From contig CM119271.1 in NCBI GenBank assembly GCA_051294375.1, positions 8,113,788-8,177,787 of the forward strand: a stretch of DNA of 64,000 bases, written 5' to 3'. Shown here in pieces: positions 1-12,890 of the stretch (the first letter of the stretch is position 1; each line of letters begins with the position of its first letter). Origin of the DNA: Paraspadella gotoi (lineage: Eukaryota > Animalia > Chaetognatha). Below the pieces are notes generated by a model. It saw only the letters and a list, made by a program, of their open reading frames with translations, searched no databases and had not been told where the DNA came from. A program made the position numbers and the translations under genes.

Positions 1-154
1 GAGACAAAGAAAGAGGAAATAGGGGGATAAAGAAAAAGGGGAATTTCGGGATGGAATGTTGTATTAGAAAAAAAAAAGAAAGGAAAGAAAAATAAAAGAA
101 GGAAAGAAAGAAAACAAGAAAGAAGGAAAGAAAAAAAAAGTCGTTGAATGGAAA

Positions 155-328
155 AATGAATGAATTAAATAAATTAAAAAAAGAATGAATGAATGAATGA
201 ATGAATGAATGAATGAATGCATGAATACATGAATGAATAAATAGATGAATGAATGAATGAATGAATGAATGAATGAATGAATGAATGAATGAATGAATGA
301 ATGAATGAATGAATGAATGAATGAATGA
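155..328. repeat. (GAAT)n microsatellite within a purine-rich low-complexity block (1-680)
   Basis: Long direct run of gaat units, followed by GAAAA-type repeats to about 630. Confidence 0.95.
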
Positions 329-419
329 AAGTACTCAGCGGCCACGACAATAAAGCGGAAACAAGAGAGAAAAAAATAACTCGTTAAGAAAAGACTCGAA
401 GAAGGCACTAGTAAAAAAG

Positions 420-450
<31 letters not shown>

Positions 451-710
451 AAAGAAAAGAAAAAAGAAAAGAAAAGAAAATGAAAAAAGAAAAGAAAAGA
501 AAAGAAAAGAATAAGAAAAGAAAGAAAAAGAACAAGAAAGAAAAGAAAAGAAAAGAAAAGAAAAGAAAAAAAAGAAAAAGAAAAAAGAAAAGAAAAGAAA
601 AGAAAAAAAAGAAAAAAGAAAGTAAAAAAAGCTCAGAAGAGTAAATAAGAAGGAAAAGAAAAAAACAAGAAAAGTGGGGAAGAAAGACGGGTCAGTCCCT
701 TTGTCCGCGT

Positions 711-814
711 CGGACGGACGGACGGACGGACGGACGGACGGACAGACAGTAAAAAAAGTCCGTAAATGTCCTGGAGAAACTTTCGCGTCTCTTCGGTCTC
801 GTTACTGAGGAGGG

Positions 815-897
<83 letters not shown>
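711..897. repeat. (CGGA)n tetramer run (711-743) and (CT)n microsatellite (820-897)
   Basis: Directly visible simple repeats. Confidence 0.95.
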
Positions 898-899
<2 letters not shown>

Positions 900-1395
900 C
901 AATTCCGAAAAGGAAATAAAACCCAACGAGGCATAATTGACTTTTATTTTGTCCTTCATCGGACGAAGACGGCGAGCGACGATAGAGAGCGAGAGACCGC
1001 GTTTGGAGACGATATAGAGAGCGAGACGCGAGACCTCGAGACCGCGGAGTCAGAAGTCGACATGAGTGATGGATGAAAACCAGAATGATTGATGAGAGGT
1101 TCGAGCGACAGGGGTGATCGAATGAGGGGGTGGTGATTAAGGGGTGGTGATTGGTTATGGGGGGAGGTGATCATGGGCAGTGATCAGCGAGACGAAAGTG
1201 ATGAATGGAAACCGCGACGCCCGAGGCCAATGTCACCAGTCATCGATTGACTTTTTTCTGTTTCGGTTCGAACGCGCGGAGTAATGTACATTCCAGAACC
1301 GAATGACCCAATATTCCTCCGCGGCAAAGACTCGAAACGTCTCGAGGCGCTACTTTTTTTTTTCTTTTCTTTATTTCTTTCTTCCGTCCCGATAG

Positions 1396-1502
1396 AATCC
1401 CATTCGACGCAGCCCCACCTTTTGACCTCCGAGAATCGTACGACATCTGGTGTGAAGTTATGGTCGCACCTGGGACGCGCCATACGTACTATGGACGGCT
1501 GC
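1396..1502 (+). CDS. Candidate isolated coding exon, product unknown
   Basis: Pyrimidine tract plus TAG acceptor (1393-1395), open frame IPFDAAPPFDLRESYDIWCEVMVAPGTRHTYYGRL, donor GTGAGA at 1503. No family recognised. Confidence 0.3.
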
Positions 1503-4500
1503 GTGAGAGAGAGAGACTTTTATTTTCTTACGCTTTTAAATTTGACCATAAAAGTTTTTATCTTGCTTTTTTTTTTTTTCATTCAAGATTCGCTTTTTAC
1601 ATTTGCTATTTACATTTTGATTCTATTTTGATTTCAATAATATTTGTGTATTTAGTATTTGATATTTTGATATTTAGAAGTTTAGTAGTAGTTCTAAATC
1701 TTTTTTTATATATTTTATCCTTTCATGTTTCTCTAGCTATGTCTATTCATTCTTCCGCATTCCCCCCTCCCTCCTCTTTTTTCTTCTCTCCTTCCTCCCT
1801 TTATTTTCCTCTCTCTTTCCTCCTCTCTCTTTCTCTCTCTCGTCTTCTCTCTCTTCTCTCCATTCTCCTCCTCTCCTCTCCTCTCCCTCTCTCTCTTCTC
1901 TCTTCTCTTCTCTTCTCTCTCTCCTCTCTTTTCTTTCCTGCGCAATTAATAAAATCTCCTCTCATATTGTTCTTTTCTTCACGATTCCCCGCTTGCTTTT
2001 ACTGGGATGGGTTACTTCGAGGTTCGAGCAACGAGGATACTGTGATTAGTGATCAGTCAACTGATAGTGGGGTTAACGGGGGAACATGGAGGGAGTAGGG
2101 GGCGTGTGGGAGTCCGCTGGGGGGGCGGGGGATCGCCTGGTGCGGGAGATCGCTTGGTCGGGGAGAGGGATCGCATGGGCGGTAGAGCGAGGGGCATATA
2201 AGGGAAGGAAAAGGAATTAGGGAGGAATAAGAAATGTGGGGATGGGAGAGTAAAAGATCGAGCGTGGGGTGGTGGCATGCCGCTTCTGAGAAAAGACCTG
2301 TGAAGGGGGGAGGGGGCAGTGAAGAAGACAAGAGGGGGGTCAATCCCATTCAAAGGGCATTAGGATGAGAGAGAGACGAGTGCGAGACGAGCAGAGAGAG
2401 GATTGATGTAGTACCGACTCCGCATCCCAGAGCGGACGCGAGATGAGAGGAGGGAGAGGAGAGAGAGTGAGGTCATAAGTAAGACTGTACACCCTTGTTA
2501 AAGCTCCATAGTGCCGCGGCTGACGTCGTCGTGCTGTCGGCTGGTTTTACAAATTTGGACGTAGAAATATCGCGCTTTTACGTTGTATGTCGTCAATTTA
2601 AAATAGTTAGGAAGGAAAAAGCTAGTTTTTAGAGGTTAATGGAAGAAATGGAGAGAGAAATTCGCTCATGTCACAGGTGAAAAAAAAAAAAAAAGAGGAA
2701 GCGAGACCGTCTTTTAAGAATTGGTCTTTGGCGACGAAGAAGGGAAGGAGATTAAGGTTCTGCTATATGTATACTGCCGTCGTCCGTCGTCGTTTATCGG
2801 TCGTTCGTCTCGTTGCCGTGATCTCAGTAGTTCGTCGTTAGGTCACTCTTCTCGTATTAAACAATCCAACACGTCATGTGGTGTACATCTTGTCGTGAGA
2901 AGTCGCCGGTGTGTTTGTCATTCTGTAATGAAGAAGTTGACCTAATAATGGTATGACGATCATTTTTGTATTTGCTTAGTGATATAAGAGAACGGCATAA
3001 GTGATGATGACTTGCGTGATTCTTAAATTTAATTATGTATCATATGAATTGATATTCACTTAACGACTAGAAAAGCGATGAAAAAAAGAGATAAATGCAA
3101 GGCAAGGTCTGGATAGACGAGAAATAAAATTGATTAAATAAAATGCTATGAAATCTAGTAATGTAGTAGTAAGAGTAAGTTGATAAGGTAAAGCTGATAG
3201 GAGTCTGAAGTAATGTCAATTAAGTAGTTTTGAAATTGCGGACATTGCGCGTATTTTTCTGTTTCTTTTTTTTCTTAGATTTTATTATGTTATGTTATTC
3301 AGTACACAAAGTTTTTACGTAAAAGGGTTGTGTTATGCTTTATCGGAGACAGTAAATGAGTGGAGCAGTAGAGCTCATTGTATGGGATGAATGGACAAGT
3401 TGAAAGAATAAGTTTATCAATTAGTGTAAGAATGGGAAGAAAGGAAGAAGAGTAGAATAAGATGAGAGAAAGATTGAGAGAGGATGTATGTATGAGAGGA
3501 GGAAGAGGAGAGAGAGAGGAGAGAGATAAGGATAGAGAGAGAGAGAGATGAAGAGAAATGTAATTGAGAGAGAGGAGAGAGAGAGAGAGAACCGAGATTC
3601 AGATCGTGGTTATATTCGAAAACGTTCGTCTGAGACGTTGCGGAGGGAAATAATGCAACTAGCAAGTCGTATAGAGCCTATTTTCGCCATGTACGTTTTA
3701 TTTGATGCCATTTAAGCCATTTATGCTCCATTTATGCCAATTAATGCCCATATTTCTGCCTCTAACGTTGTTTATAAATTCGGATCAATCACGAAGCAAA
3801 AAGTCAGAGGCAAGAAGAATTGGTTTTTTTTTCAAATCGTTAACCGCAAATGCTTTCCCGCTCTCTCTTCTCTCTCTGCTCGCTCTGCTTCTTCTCTACT
3901 AGAGCATAGTACTGACGATCTCTCCGCGATATTGAAAAGGCAGAAGATGAGAATGGAAGTGAAGAAACGCCGCAAGAGAGTTTATGTTTTCCGCCAAAAT
4001 AGTTCTGTCATTTCCAGAGAAGAGCAAAAGGATTTCGGACGCTCAAATTTCGGAATATCGGAATTAATAAGTTGCGTGGGCGGTGATAGAGTCAAGTAGA
4101 AAATTATTCGTCGTTTGATTATTCACTCGTTTAAGCATTAGGTCAACACTAAATAAATAAATAAACAAATAAATAAATTAACAAATAAAAAAAATAATAA
4201 ATAAATAAATAAGTAAAAAAAATGAATAAACCAATAAGTAAATAGAATTTAATCAATCGCTCGAAAAATGATTCTTTAAAGGTGATATATACTCTCCACA
4301 ATTCAATCAATCAATCAGTCAATAAATTAATCTAATCATCGAAGAAGAAGTTCGCCCTAACCAACAGATTAATCTTTCTCTTATCTCCAAAAAAATTTTT
4401 TTTTATCTTCGAAATCGGTAACAAGGTTCTACATTTGTCAAACGTCGAAAATTTACATTTTTGTGGAACTGCTAATATTTGTGAAATGAGGAAGCGTTTA

Positions 4501-4770
4501 ACAATGAAAATTTTATCGAGAATGTTTAAACTTTAATTCAAATAAGGAAAATTTTTTTTGTGGCATCAGAAGCTAAAGTTTAATTGTTTTCTTTCGTTTG
4601 TTCGATTGACAAAATTCGGCGAGAGCTATTTCTTTTTTTCTTTTTTTCTTTTTTTTTGTGGTGGAGGAAAATACGTTGGAAAAATACAGATAAGAGTTTT
4701 ACGGTGGAACCAAACGCGGTTGTAGAATGGTATTTAAAATTTTAAATATTTTTTTAAAATCATGTTTGTT

Positions 4771-4820
<50 letters not shown>

Positions 4821-5639
4821 GATGGCACGAATGGTTTAGGTGACTGCGATGTCACGGGGTCACGAGTTAACACCTATCGGTCACGTGGTCGAGTGACGAC
4901 GTGCCCTAGAAGATGTGCGGGAAGATTGACAGATATGGTGCACGTGGAGGAGAAGAGGGTCGTCATGCCAGCTGCGTTTCAAACTAAATATACCCGAAAA
5001 TTTAAAAGCATATTTAGCTAAAGAAAAACAATTTTAAACTAAAAAAAAGTAAATAAACATTTAGACAATAGTTTGTATATATTTAAGTGTGGTGCCTCAA
5101 CCATTTTCAAAAAAATTACTTTAGAAATTACAATTTTCAATTTGCAATTAAGTTAAAAAAATTTTGTAAAATCAAAAATTTAAAAAAATGAATCATTTTT
5201 TATATTAATTATGTAATTTTTCTTCCTGTTATTTTTACATTATTTCTCTTATAAATACAATTTGATATCAATGAATTTTTCTGGTGAATAAAATATAAAA
5301 AAATAACACCTTGAATTTAAAAAAAAATATATTTTTTTCAATATTTAATATTTAATATTTAATCCTTCCACTTGCGGAGGCCAAAAGTCGATTCTTCAGA
5401 CAATTTTTTTTTCTGCTTCGAATTCGTCCGCCGAATTTTGCAAACTTTTTTCCAATGCTACTCTTTTTTCGAAATGTCTCAAGCTAAACAGAATTTGGTA
5501 AGAAAAAGAGATTTTATTTCCTCTTCCGCTCTGCATGCAATGGTTTTCTTTATTTAGCCTTTTTTTCGATTTTTCAAGCTCTATTTCGTCCGATAATATT
5601 AATAAATATATTTTTTAAAAACTTCCCCCTTCTGGCCAG

Positions 5640-5785
5640 GCGAAGTCAAATTCCATTCCGTCCATCGATGTTACATCTCGTTGCTGTCGCTCCAAAGTTG
5701 CCTTCAAGATCTTCCTCAGCATTCTAGGCGCCTCTTTCTTTTTTGTTCTCATGTTTAACAGGCGCGCTCACAACATTTCGCTTTA
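5640..5785 (+). CDS. Candidate signal-anchor (transmembrane) exon of the GT31 gene
   Basis: Acceptor cccttctggccag, then AKSNSIPSIDVTSRCCRSKVAFKIFLSILGASFFFVLMFNRRAHN: basic residues flanking a hydrophobic stretch, as expected for a type II Golgi enzyme. No clean GT donor or start codon located. Confidence 0.35.
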
Positions 5786-6924
5786 TTGATTTTACGTTTA
5801 ATATTAGTATTCCACTAAACTACTATTTCCTGTTTTCGTAAATTTAGAATTTATTTTTTAAATATTTTTTTTGTACAAAAGACTTGTAAGGCGATGCACG
5901 TTACATTCGATTACGAAACGCAATAAAAGTATAATCTAGTTTAAAAATATGATGTAGCGACCGCGTCCTTTTAACAGTCTCAACGATGTTTGGAATAACC
6001 TTAGACCCGCGCCCAAATTCGGTAATATTCTGCTCTCGAAAATTAAAGTGTAATTATAATAAACGATTTAACAAACTCAGTGTATCAAAGAATATATCGG
6101 AGTCACGGGCATTTTTCGCAGGCAGATTGAAGCCCGTGCAATAAGGCGGGCCAAAATTGATAACTTTTTATCATTAAGAGTTTTGTAATATAAAATTCAT
6201 TTGTCCATCATATACCTAATCAATATTTACTATCACTTTTTTAACTAGTGAAACACAGTATAACATTGAAGCATTTAAAATATTCATTAATACAAAAGCA
6301 ATGAAAACATTTTTTTGTAAAAATTTTATTTTTAAGAACGGATTCAGGTAGCCCATAAAAAGTTATCTGGACAACGTATACTGCGTTTTTCAATATTTCG
6401 ATGATAAGTGGGTCAAATAATGAAAAAACTTTTTAAAATCATCACCATCATCATTGTACCATAATTTTTATAGTTTTTGCTAATTTTAACCAATAAATAA
6501 CCAACCAACCAACCAAATAACCAATAATAACCAATAAAACATAAAAATTTTGAAATCTTGTAGTAATATTTTTTATTTATTTTTTTAAGCTCTACCCGAA
6601 TAAAAATTCTGAATTATAAAAAAAAATCTTCATGATTTATAGTAATACGATAATCTTTAAATGCTTCTATGTTATTAACCATACGTAAAATCTTATATTT
6701 TTTTAAAATTTGTTATCCCACAGGGATGCTCCCACGTTATTTATATTACAGAACTCTTAGTTTTTACTTTGTTCCGCCTTACCGTGCAACCATTGGTCGA
6801 TGCCATTGGCGTTTCGACCAATGAGAGAATTGCATGTCAGATACGAATGACAAAAACTAACTAATCTCCCTCTAATCTAATCTAATCTAATCTAATTATC
6901 TAATCTCCCTCGCACCTTCCAAAG

Positions 6925-7219
6925 GTTTATCGCCTAAGTCGTCAACACTAAGTCGCTCAACGTCCCTCCGACTGACGCTGCATCCGCCGACGTCCCTGGC
7001 ATCCACTCAGCGGCCCTCGAGGACAAAGACATCAACCCCCCACCCACCGTCCCGCCACATCCCCTCTTCCTTCTCCATCAACGAGCCCGACCTCTGCCTC
7101 TCTCCGACGACCAACTCGAGTCGCGTCCGCCTCCTCATCATTATTCCGTCGGCGCCCAAGAATTTCGAGAGACGAGACGCGATCCGGAGAACGTGGGGGA
7201 ATCAGACCCAGGCTGGATG
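6925..7219 (+). CDS. GT31 beta-1,3-galactosyltransferase-like gene, stem and motif I exon
   Basis: Acceptor ccttccaaag at 6924. Open frame with S/T/P-rich stem then FSINEPDLC..RVRLLIIIPSAPKNFERRDAIRRTWGNQT (GT31 RxxIRxTW motif). The donor of this first copy is corrupted relative to the array consensus GGATG|GTGAGT. Confidence 0.85.
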
Positions 7220-10200
7220 CGTGGTCAGGTCTGTCTTTGTCGTTGTCTCTGTCTTTGTCGCACCTTTGTCTGTCTCTGTCTTTCTGTTTTGACAGTCGAC
7301 AAATAACTTCGAGAGACGAGACGCGATCCGGAGAACGTGGGGAATCAGACCAGGCTGGATGGTGAGTCGGTCTGTCTTGTCTTGTCTCTGTCTTTGTCGC
7401 AGTCTTTGTCTGTCTCTGTCTTTCTGTTTGACGTCGACAAATAACTTCGAGAGACGAGACGCGATCCGGAGAACGTGGGGGAATCAGACCAGGCTGGATG
7501 GTGAGTCGGTCTGTCTTGCGTTGTCTCTGTCTTTGTCGCAGTCTTTTCTGTCTCTGTCTTTCTGTTTTGACGTTGACAAAATAACTTCGAGAGATGAGAC
7601 GCGATCCGGAGAACGTGGGGGAATCAGACCAGGCTGGATGGTGAGTCGGTCTGTCTTTGTCGTTGTCTCTGTCTTTGTCGCAGTCTTTGTCTGTCTCTGT
7701 CTTTCTGTTTTTGAGTCGACAAATAACTTCGAAGATGAGACGCGATCCGGAGAAGTGGGGGAATCAGACCAGGCTGGATGGTGAGTCGGTCTGTCTTTGT
7801 CGTTGTCTCTGTCTTTGTCGCAGTCTTTGTCTGCTCTCTGTCTTTCTGTTTTGACGTCGACAAATAACTTCGAGAGATGAGACGCGATCCGGAGAACGTG
7901 GGGGAATCAGACCAGCTGGATGGTGAGTCGCGTCTGTCTTTGTCGTTGTCTCTGTCTTTGTCGCAGTCTTTGTCTGTCTCTGTCTGTTTCTGTTTTGACG
8001 TCGACAAATAACTTCGAGAGATGAGACGCGATCCGGAGAAGTGGGGGAATCAGACCAGGCTGGATGGTGAGTCGGTCGTCTTTGTCGTTGTCTCTGTCTT
8101 TGTCGCAGTCTTTGTCTGTCTCTGTCTGTTTTGATGGCTCGACAAATAACTTTGAGAGATGAGACGCGATCCGGAGAACATGGGGGAATCAGGCCAGGCT
8201 GGATTGGTGAGTCGGTCGGTCTTTGTCGTTGTCTCTGTCTTTGTCGCACGTCTTTGTCTGTCTCTGTCTTTCTGTTTTGAGTCGACAAATAACTTCGAGA
8301 GATGAGACGCAATCCGGAGAACATGGGGGAATCAGACCAGCTGGTGGTGAGTTGTCGGTCTTTGTCGTTGTCTCTGTCCCCTTTTGTCTGATCTCTTGTC
8401 TGTCTCTGTTTCTCTTTTGACGGCAACAAATAACTTTGCAGGGACGGACGCGATCCGGAGAACATGGGGGAATCAGACCAGGCTGGATGGTGAGTTGGTC
8501 TGTTTGTCTTGTCTTTGCTCGCAGTCTTTGTCTGTCTCTGATCTGTCTACTGTTGTCTCTGTTTTGACAGCACAAATAACTTCGAGAGACGAGACGCGAT
8601 CCGGAGAACTGGGGGAATCAGACCAGGCTGGATGGTGAGTCGGTCTGTCTTGTCGTTGTCTCTGTTTTTCGCAGTCTTTGTCTGTCTCTGTCTGTTCTGT
8701 TTTGACGGCACAAATAACTTTGAGGGACGAGACGCGATCCGGAGAACATGGGGAATCAGACCAGCTGGATGGTGAATCGGTCTGTCTTTGTCGTTGCTCT
8801 CGTGTTTTCGCAGTCTTTGTCTGTCTCTTCTGTCTGTTTGACGGCAACAAATAACTTTAGGGACGGACGCGATCCGAGAAACATGGGGGAATCAGACCAG
8901 GCTGGATGTGATTGGTCGGTCTTTGTCTTGTCTCTGTCTTGTCGCACTCTTTGTCTGTCTCTGTCTGTCTGTTTGATGGCGACAAATAACTTCGAGAGAT
9001 GAGACGCGATCCGGAGAACATGGGGGAATCAGACCAGGCTGGATGGTGAGTGGTCGTCTTTGTCGTTGTCTCTGTCTTTGTCGCAGTCTTTGTCTGTCTC
9101 TGTCTGTTTTGATGGCGAAAATAACTTCGAGAGATGAGACGCGATCCGGAGAAACATGGGGGAATCAGACCAGGCTGGATGGTGAGTGGTCGGTCTTGTC
9201 GCTGTGTCTCTGTCTTGTCGCATCTTTGTCTGTCTCTGTCGTCTGTTTTGATGGCGGACAAATAACTTCGAGAGATGAGACGCGATCCGGAGAACATTGG
9301 GGAATCAGACCAGGCTGGATGGTGAGTCGGTCGGTCTTTGTCGTTGTCTCTGTCTTTGTCGCACTCTTTGTCTGTCTCTGTCTGTCTGTTTTGACCGCAA
9401 CAAATAACTTCGAGAGATGAGACGCGATCCGGAGAACATGGGGGAATCAGACAGGCTGGATGGTGAGTCGGTCTGTCTTTGTCGTTGTCTTTGTCGCAGT
9501 CTTTGTCTGTCTCTGTCTTTCTGTTTGACGTCGACAAATAACTTCGAGAGACGAGACGCGATCCGGAGAACGTGGGGAATCAGACCAGGCTGGATGGTGA
9601 GTCGTCTGTCTTTGTCGTTGTCTCTGTCTTTGTCGCAGTCTTTGTCTGTCTCTGTCTTTCTGTTTTGACGTCGACAAATAACTTCGAGAGATGAGACGCG
9701 ATCCGGAGAAGGTGGGAATCAGACCAGGCTGGATGGTGAGTCGGTCGGTCTTTGTCGTGTCTCTGTCTTTGTCGCAGTCGTTTGTCTTCTCTGTCTGTTT
9801 GATCGGCGACAAAAAACTTTGAGAGATGAGACGCGATCCGGAGAACATGGGGGAATCAGGCCAGGCTGGATTGTGAGTCGGTTCGTCTTTGTCGTTGTCT
9901 CGTCTTTGTCGCACTCTTTGTCTGTCTCTGTCTTTCTGTGTTTTGAAGTCGACAAATAACTTCGAGAGATGAGACGCGATCCGGAGAACGTGGGGGAATC
10001 AGACCAGGCTGGATGGTGAGTTGGTCGTTCTTTGTCGTTGTCTCGTCTTTGTCGCACTCTTTGTCTGTCTCTGTCTGTCTCTGTTTGTCTCTGTTTTGAC
10101 GGCACAAATAACTTTTGAGACGGGACGGATCCGGAGAACATGGGGAATCAGACCAGGCTGGATGGTGAGTTGGTCTGTCTTTGTCTTGGTCTTTGTTCGC

Positions 10201-11002
10201 ATTTTGTCTGTCTCTCTGTCCTTGTCTCTGTTTTGACGCAACAAATAACTTTAGAGACGGGACGCGATCCGGAGAACGTGGGGGAATCAGACCAGGCCTG
10301 GATGGTGAGTTCGCTCTGTTCTTGTCGTTGTCTCTGTGTTTTCGCAGTCTTTGTCTGTCTCTTGTTTCTGTTTTACCGGCAACAAATAACTTTGAGGACG
10401 GGACGCGATCCGGAGAACATGGGGAATCAGACCAGGCTGGATGGTGAGGCGGTCTGTCTATGTCGTTGTCTCTGTGTTTATCGCAGTCTTTGTCTGTCTC
10501 TGTCTGTCTGTTTTGACGGCAACAAATAACTTTGAGGGACGGGACGCCGATCCGGAGAACATGGGGGAATCAGACCAGGCTGGATGTGAGTTGTCGGTCT
10601 TTGTCGTTGTCTCTGTCTTTGGCGCACTCTTTGTCTGTCTCTGTCTGTCTCTGCTTTGTCTCTGTTTTGACGGCAACAAATAACTTTGAGGGACGGGACG
10701 TGATCCGGAGAACATGGGGAATCAGACCAGGCTGGATGGTGAGTCGGTCTGTCTATGTCGTTGTCTCTGTGTTTATCGCAGTCTTTGTCTGTCTCTGTCT
10801 GTCTGTTTTGACGGCAACAAATAACTTTGAGGGACGGGACGTGATCCGGAGAACATGGGGGAATCAGACCAGGCTGGATGGTGAGTCAGTCAGTCTTTGT
10901 CGTTGTCTCTGTCTTTGTCGCACTCTTTGTCTGTCTCTGTCTGTCTGTCTGTCTCTGTTTTGACGGTGGAGGAATCAGACTAGGCTGGATGGTGAGTCGG
11001 TC
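7161..11002 (+). repeat. Tandem array of about 140-bp units (about 27 copies plus a partial) derived from the GT31 exon/intron junction
   Basis: A GATCCGGAGA-like anchor recurs every 134-153 bp from about 7181 to 10843. Unit is aacttcgagagacgagacgcgatccggagaacgtgggggaatcagaccaggctggatg|gtgagtcgg plus a TGTC-rich tract. Confidence 0.95.
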
Positions 11003-11063
11003 GTGAAGCTTTTGGTCGGGAAACTTGAACGTTAATCTGCTCAGGCGAGAAGATGAAATTCTT

Positions 11064-11095
<32 letters not shown>

Positions 11096-11263
11096 CTACT
11101 CTCTTTTCTTAACCTCTTTTCCTCACTTTCCATGGGACGATAACTTTACAGCCGATTTGGTACCTCGCTCCACATTGTGGAGTCCACAATGACTTCCACA
11201 CATTCCACAATTCTTCCATCGCACCTACCCACCCCCACTCACCTCACCTGCCCCCCGACACAG

Positions 11264-11671
11264 CTCAATCCACCAAAAAATCGCCTTCATCTTCGCGCTA
11301 CCCTCGACTCCTCCCGTTCCAGCGTCGCCTCCTCAAGGAAAGCCTCCTTCATCGCGACCTCATCCAGTCCGACTTCCTCGATTCCTACAAGAACCTCACG
11401 CTCAAGTCGATCGAGATGCTGCGATGGGCGTCGGCCTTTTGTCGGCCGGACTTTCTTCTCAAGGCCGACGACGACATGTTCGTGCGGTTGGAGAATCTCT
11501 ACTCCTTCGTCGACGAGATGTTGGAGGCGTCGAAGGGGACGATTTTCGGGATGCTGTTCCGCAATCCGTCGCCGTCGAGAAACGTCAAGAGCAAATGGTT
11601 CGTGTCGAAGGAGGTTTATCCTGGGGAGAGATATCCCGATTACGTCAGGGGAGCGGCTTACGTCATCTCAG
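11264..11671 (+). CDS. GT31 gene, catalytic exon (DxD motif)
   Basis: Acceptor acag at 11263, phase 1 and in frame with a GATG|GT donor. Translates QRRLLKESLLHRDLIQSDFLDSYKNLTLKSIEMLRWASAFCRPDFLLKADDDMFV..SKWFVSKEVYPGERYPDYVRGAAYVIS. Donor GTTCGA at 11672. Confidence 0.93.
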
Positions 11672-11759
11672 GTTCGAGTTTTTTTGTTATTTAATTTTTT
11701 TTGTTGAGAGTATTTCGTTTTAAATATAAACGTAGTCTCTTTATCCCTTCTCCCGCCAG

Positions 11760-12046
11760 GCGATCTCCTCGCCAGTCTGTACCAGGCTTCCTCAGAAATC
11801 GATCTCTTCGCCTGGGAGGACGTCTACGTGACCGGACTGTTGGCGGAGAGAGTCGGCGCCCGTCGAATCGACCATCCAGGGTTCTGGATTTTCTCGAAGC
11901 CCGCGAGAGACGACTGCGTCTACAAGAAGGCTGTGACGGGACGGGAGGTCGAGGCGGATGATATGATTTGGCTGTGGAAAAAAATCAACGATCCAGGGTG
12001 GAAATGTTACGAAAATGTTAACTGGTTCGCTCGGATGTTTTGGTGA
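11760..12046 (+). CDS. GT31 gene, terminal exon (EDV motif)
   Basis: 88-bp intron ending cccttctcccgccag. Frame continues GDLLASLYQASSEIDLFAWEDVYVTGLLAERVG..WFARMFW, stop TGA at 12044-12046. Confidence 0.93.
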
Positions 12047-12586
12047 TAAAAGCATCCGGTTTTCTCTAATGATTATTCCACAGGATCTCCGTTCTCCACT
12101 GAGGCTCGGGCTTTGGGCCTTATTTGTTAACGTTGTTATTAACAAGCGGCAAATATGTTTTTCTTCTTCTTGATTGAAAGTTCTTCAAAGTTTGAACCTA
12201 GGTTTTTTAATTAAAAGATTTTATAAGAAGACTTTGTAACACAGTGTTGGGTCGTGCGAAAGTTAGCTTTTTGATCAATATCTGTTTTAAAAAATGCATG
12301 TGGTTAATGTGGTTTTCTCCAAGTAAAGTAAAGAGCAGTTCGTTTTAAATTTTGAATTATTTATATGACCACAACGGGCGAAACTTCAAAGATTAAAGTG
12401 ATTCATTCCGACGAAAAATCCGCGCATTCGTCAGATTTCTGAGAAATGACGAGATTTCTCGGAAATCAAAAGAATTTTCCTTTATCTTTCCGGAATTTGT
12501 GGACCGCGAGAGAATTGGCGGAAGGCGAGAGGAAATCGATGACGAAAATGTGACGACCGAACAGCAAACAAAAAAAGAAAATCATC

Positions 12587-12890
12587 TTTTTCCGAAAACT
12601 TTAAGGCCCTTTTCGTTTGTCAAGTTTTGTTCACAATCGAGAAAGCGCATGAGGCGAGCGAAATTAAAATCATGCCACAAAAAAACAAGTTCAGTTTTTC
12701 CGAAAAAAATTTAAAGCTTTCGTTCGTCCAGTTTTTCTTTCGGCCCAATGAGAAAGCGTCCTAGGCGACGCAGAATTAAAATGCTGCCATACACAAAAGT
12801 TCTGTTTTCCGAAAAAATTTAAAGCTTTTCGTTCGTACAGTTTTTCGTCATCAATGATAAAGCATCCTCGGAGACAAAATTATATACAAC
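12587..12890. repeat. Degenerate tandem repeat, about 109-bp unit, nearly 3 copies
   Basis: ttttccgaaaa..tttaaagctttcgttcgt..caatgagaaagc recurs at about 12587, 12695 and 12805. Confidence 0.75.

Noticed and set aside
7161-11002. CRISPR array or repeat-protein ORFs
   Set aside because: The intervening segments are copies of one another, not unique spacers; there are no cas genes and the context is eukaryotic. ORFs shift frame between units.
10976-11034. Read-through GESVVKLLVGK after the last array unit as the true exon continuation
   Set aside because: It stops at TAA within a few codons, whereas splicing at GTGAGT joins in frame to the exon at 11264.
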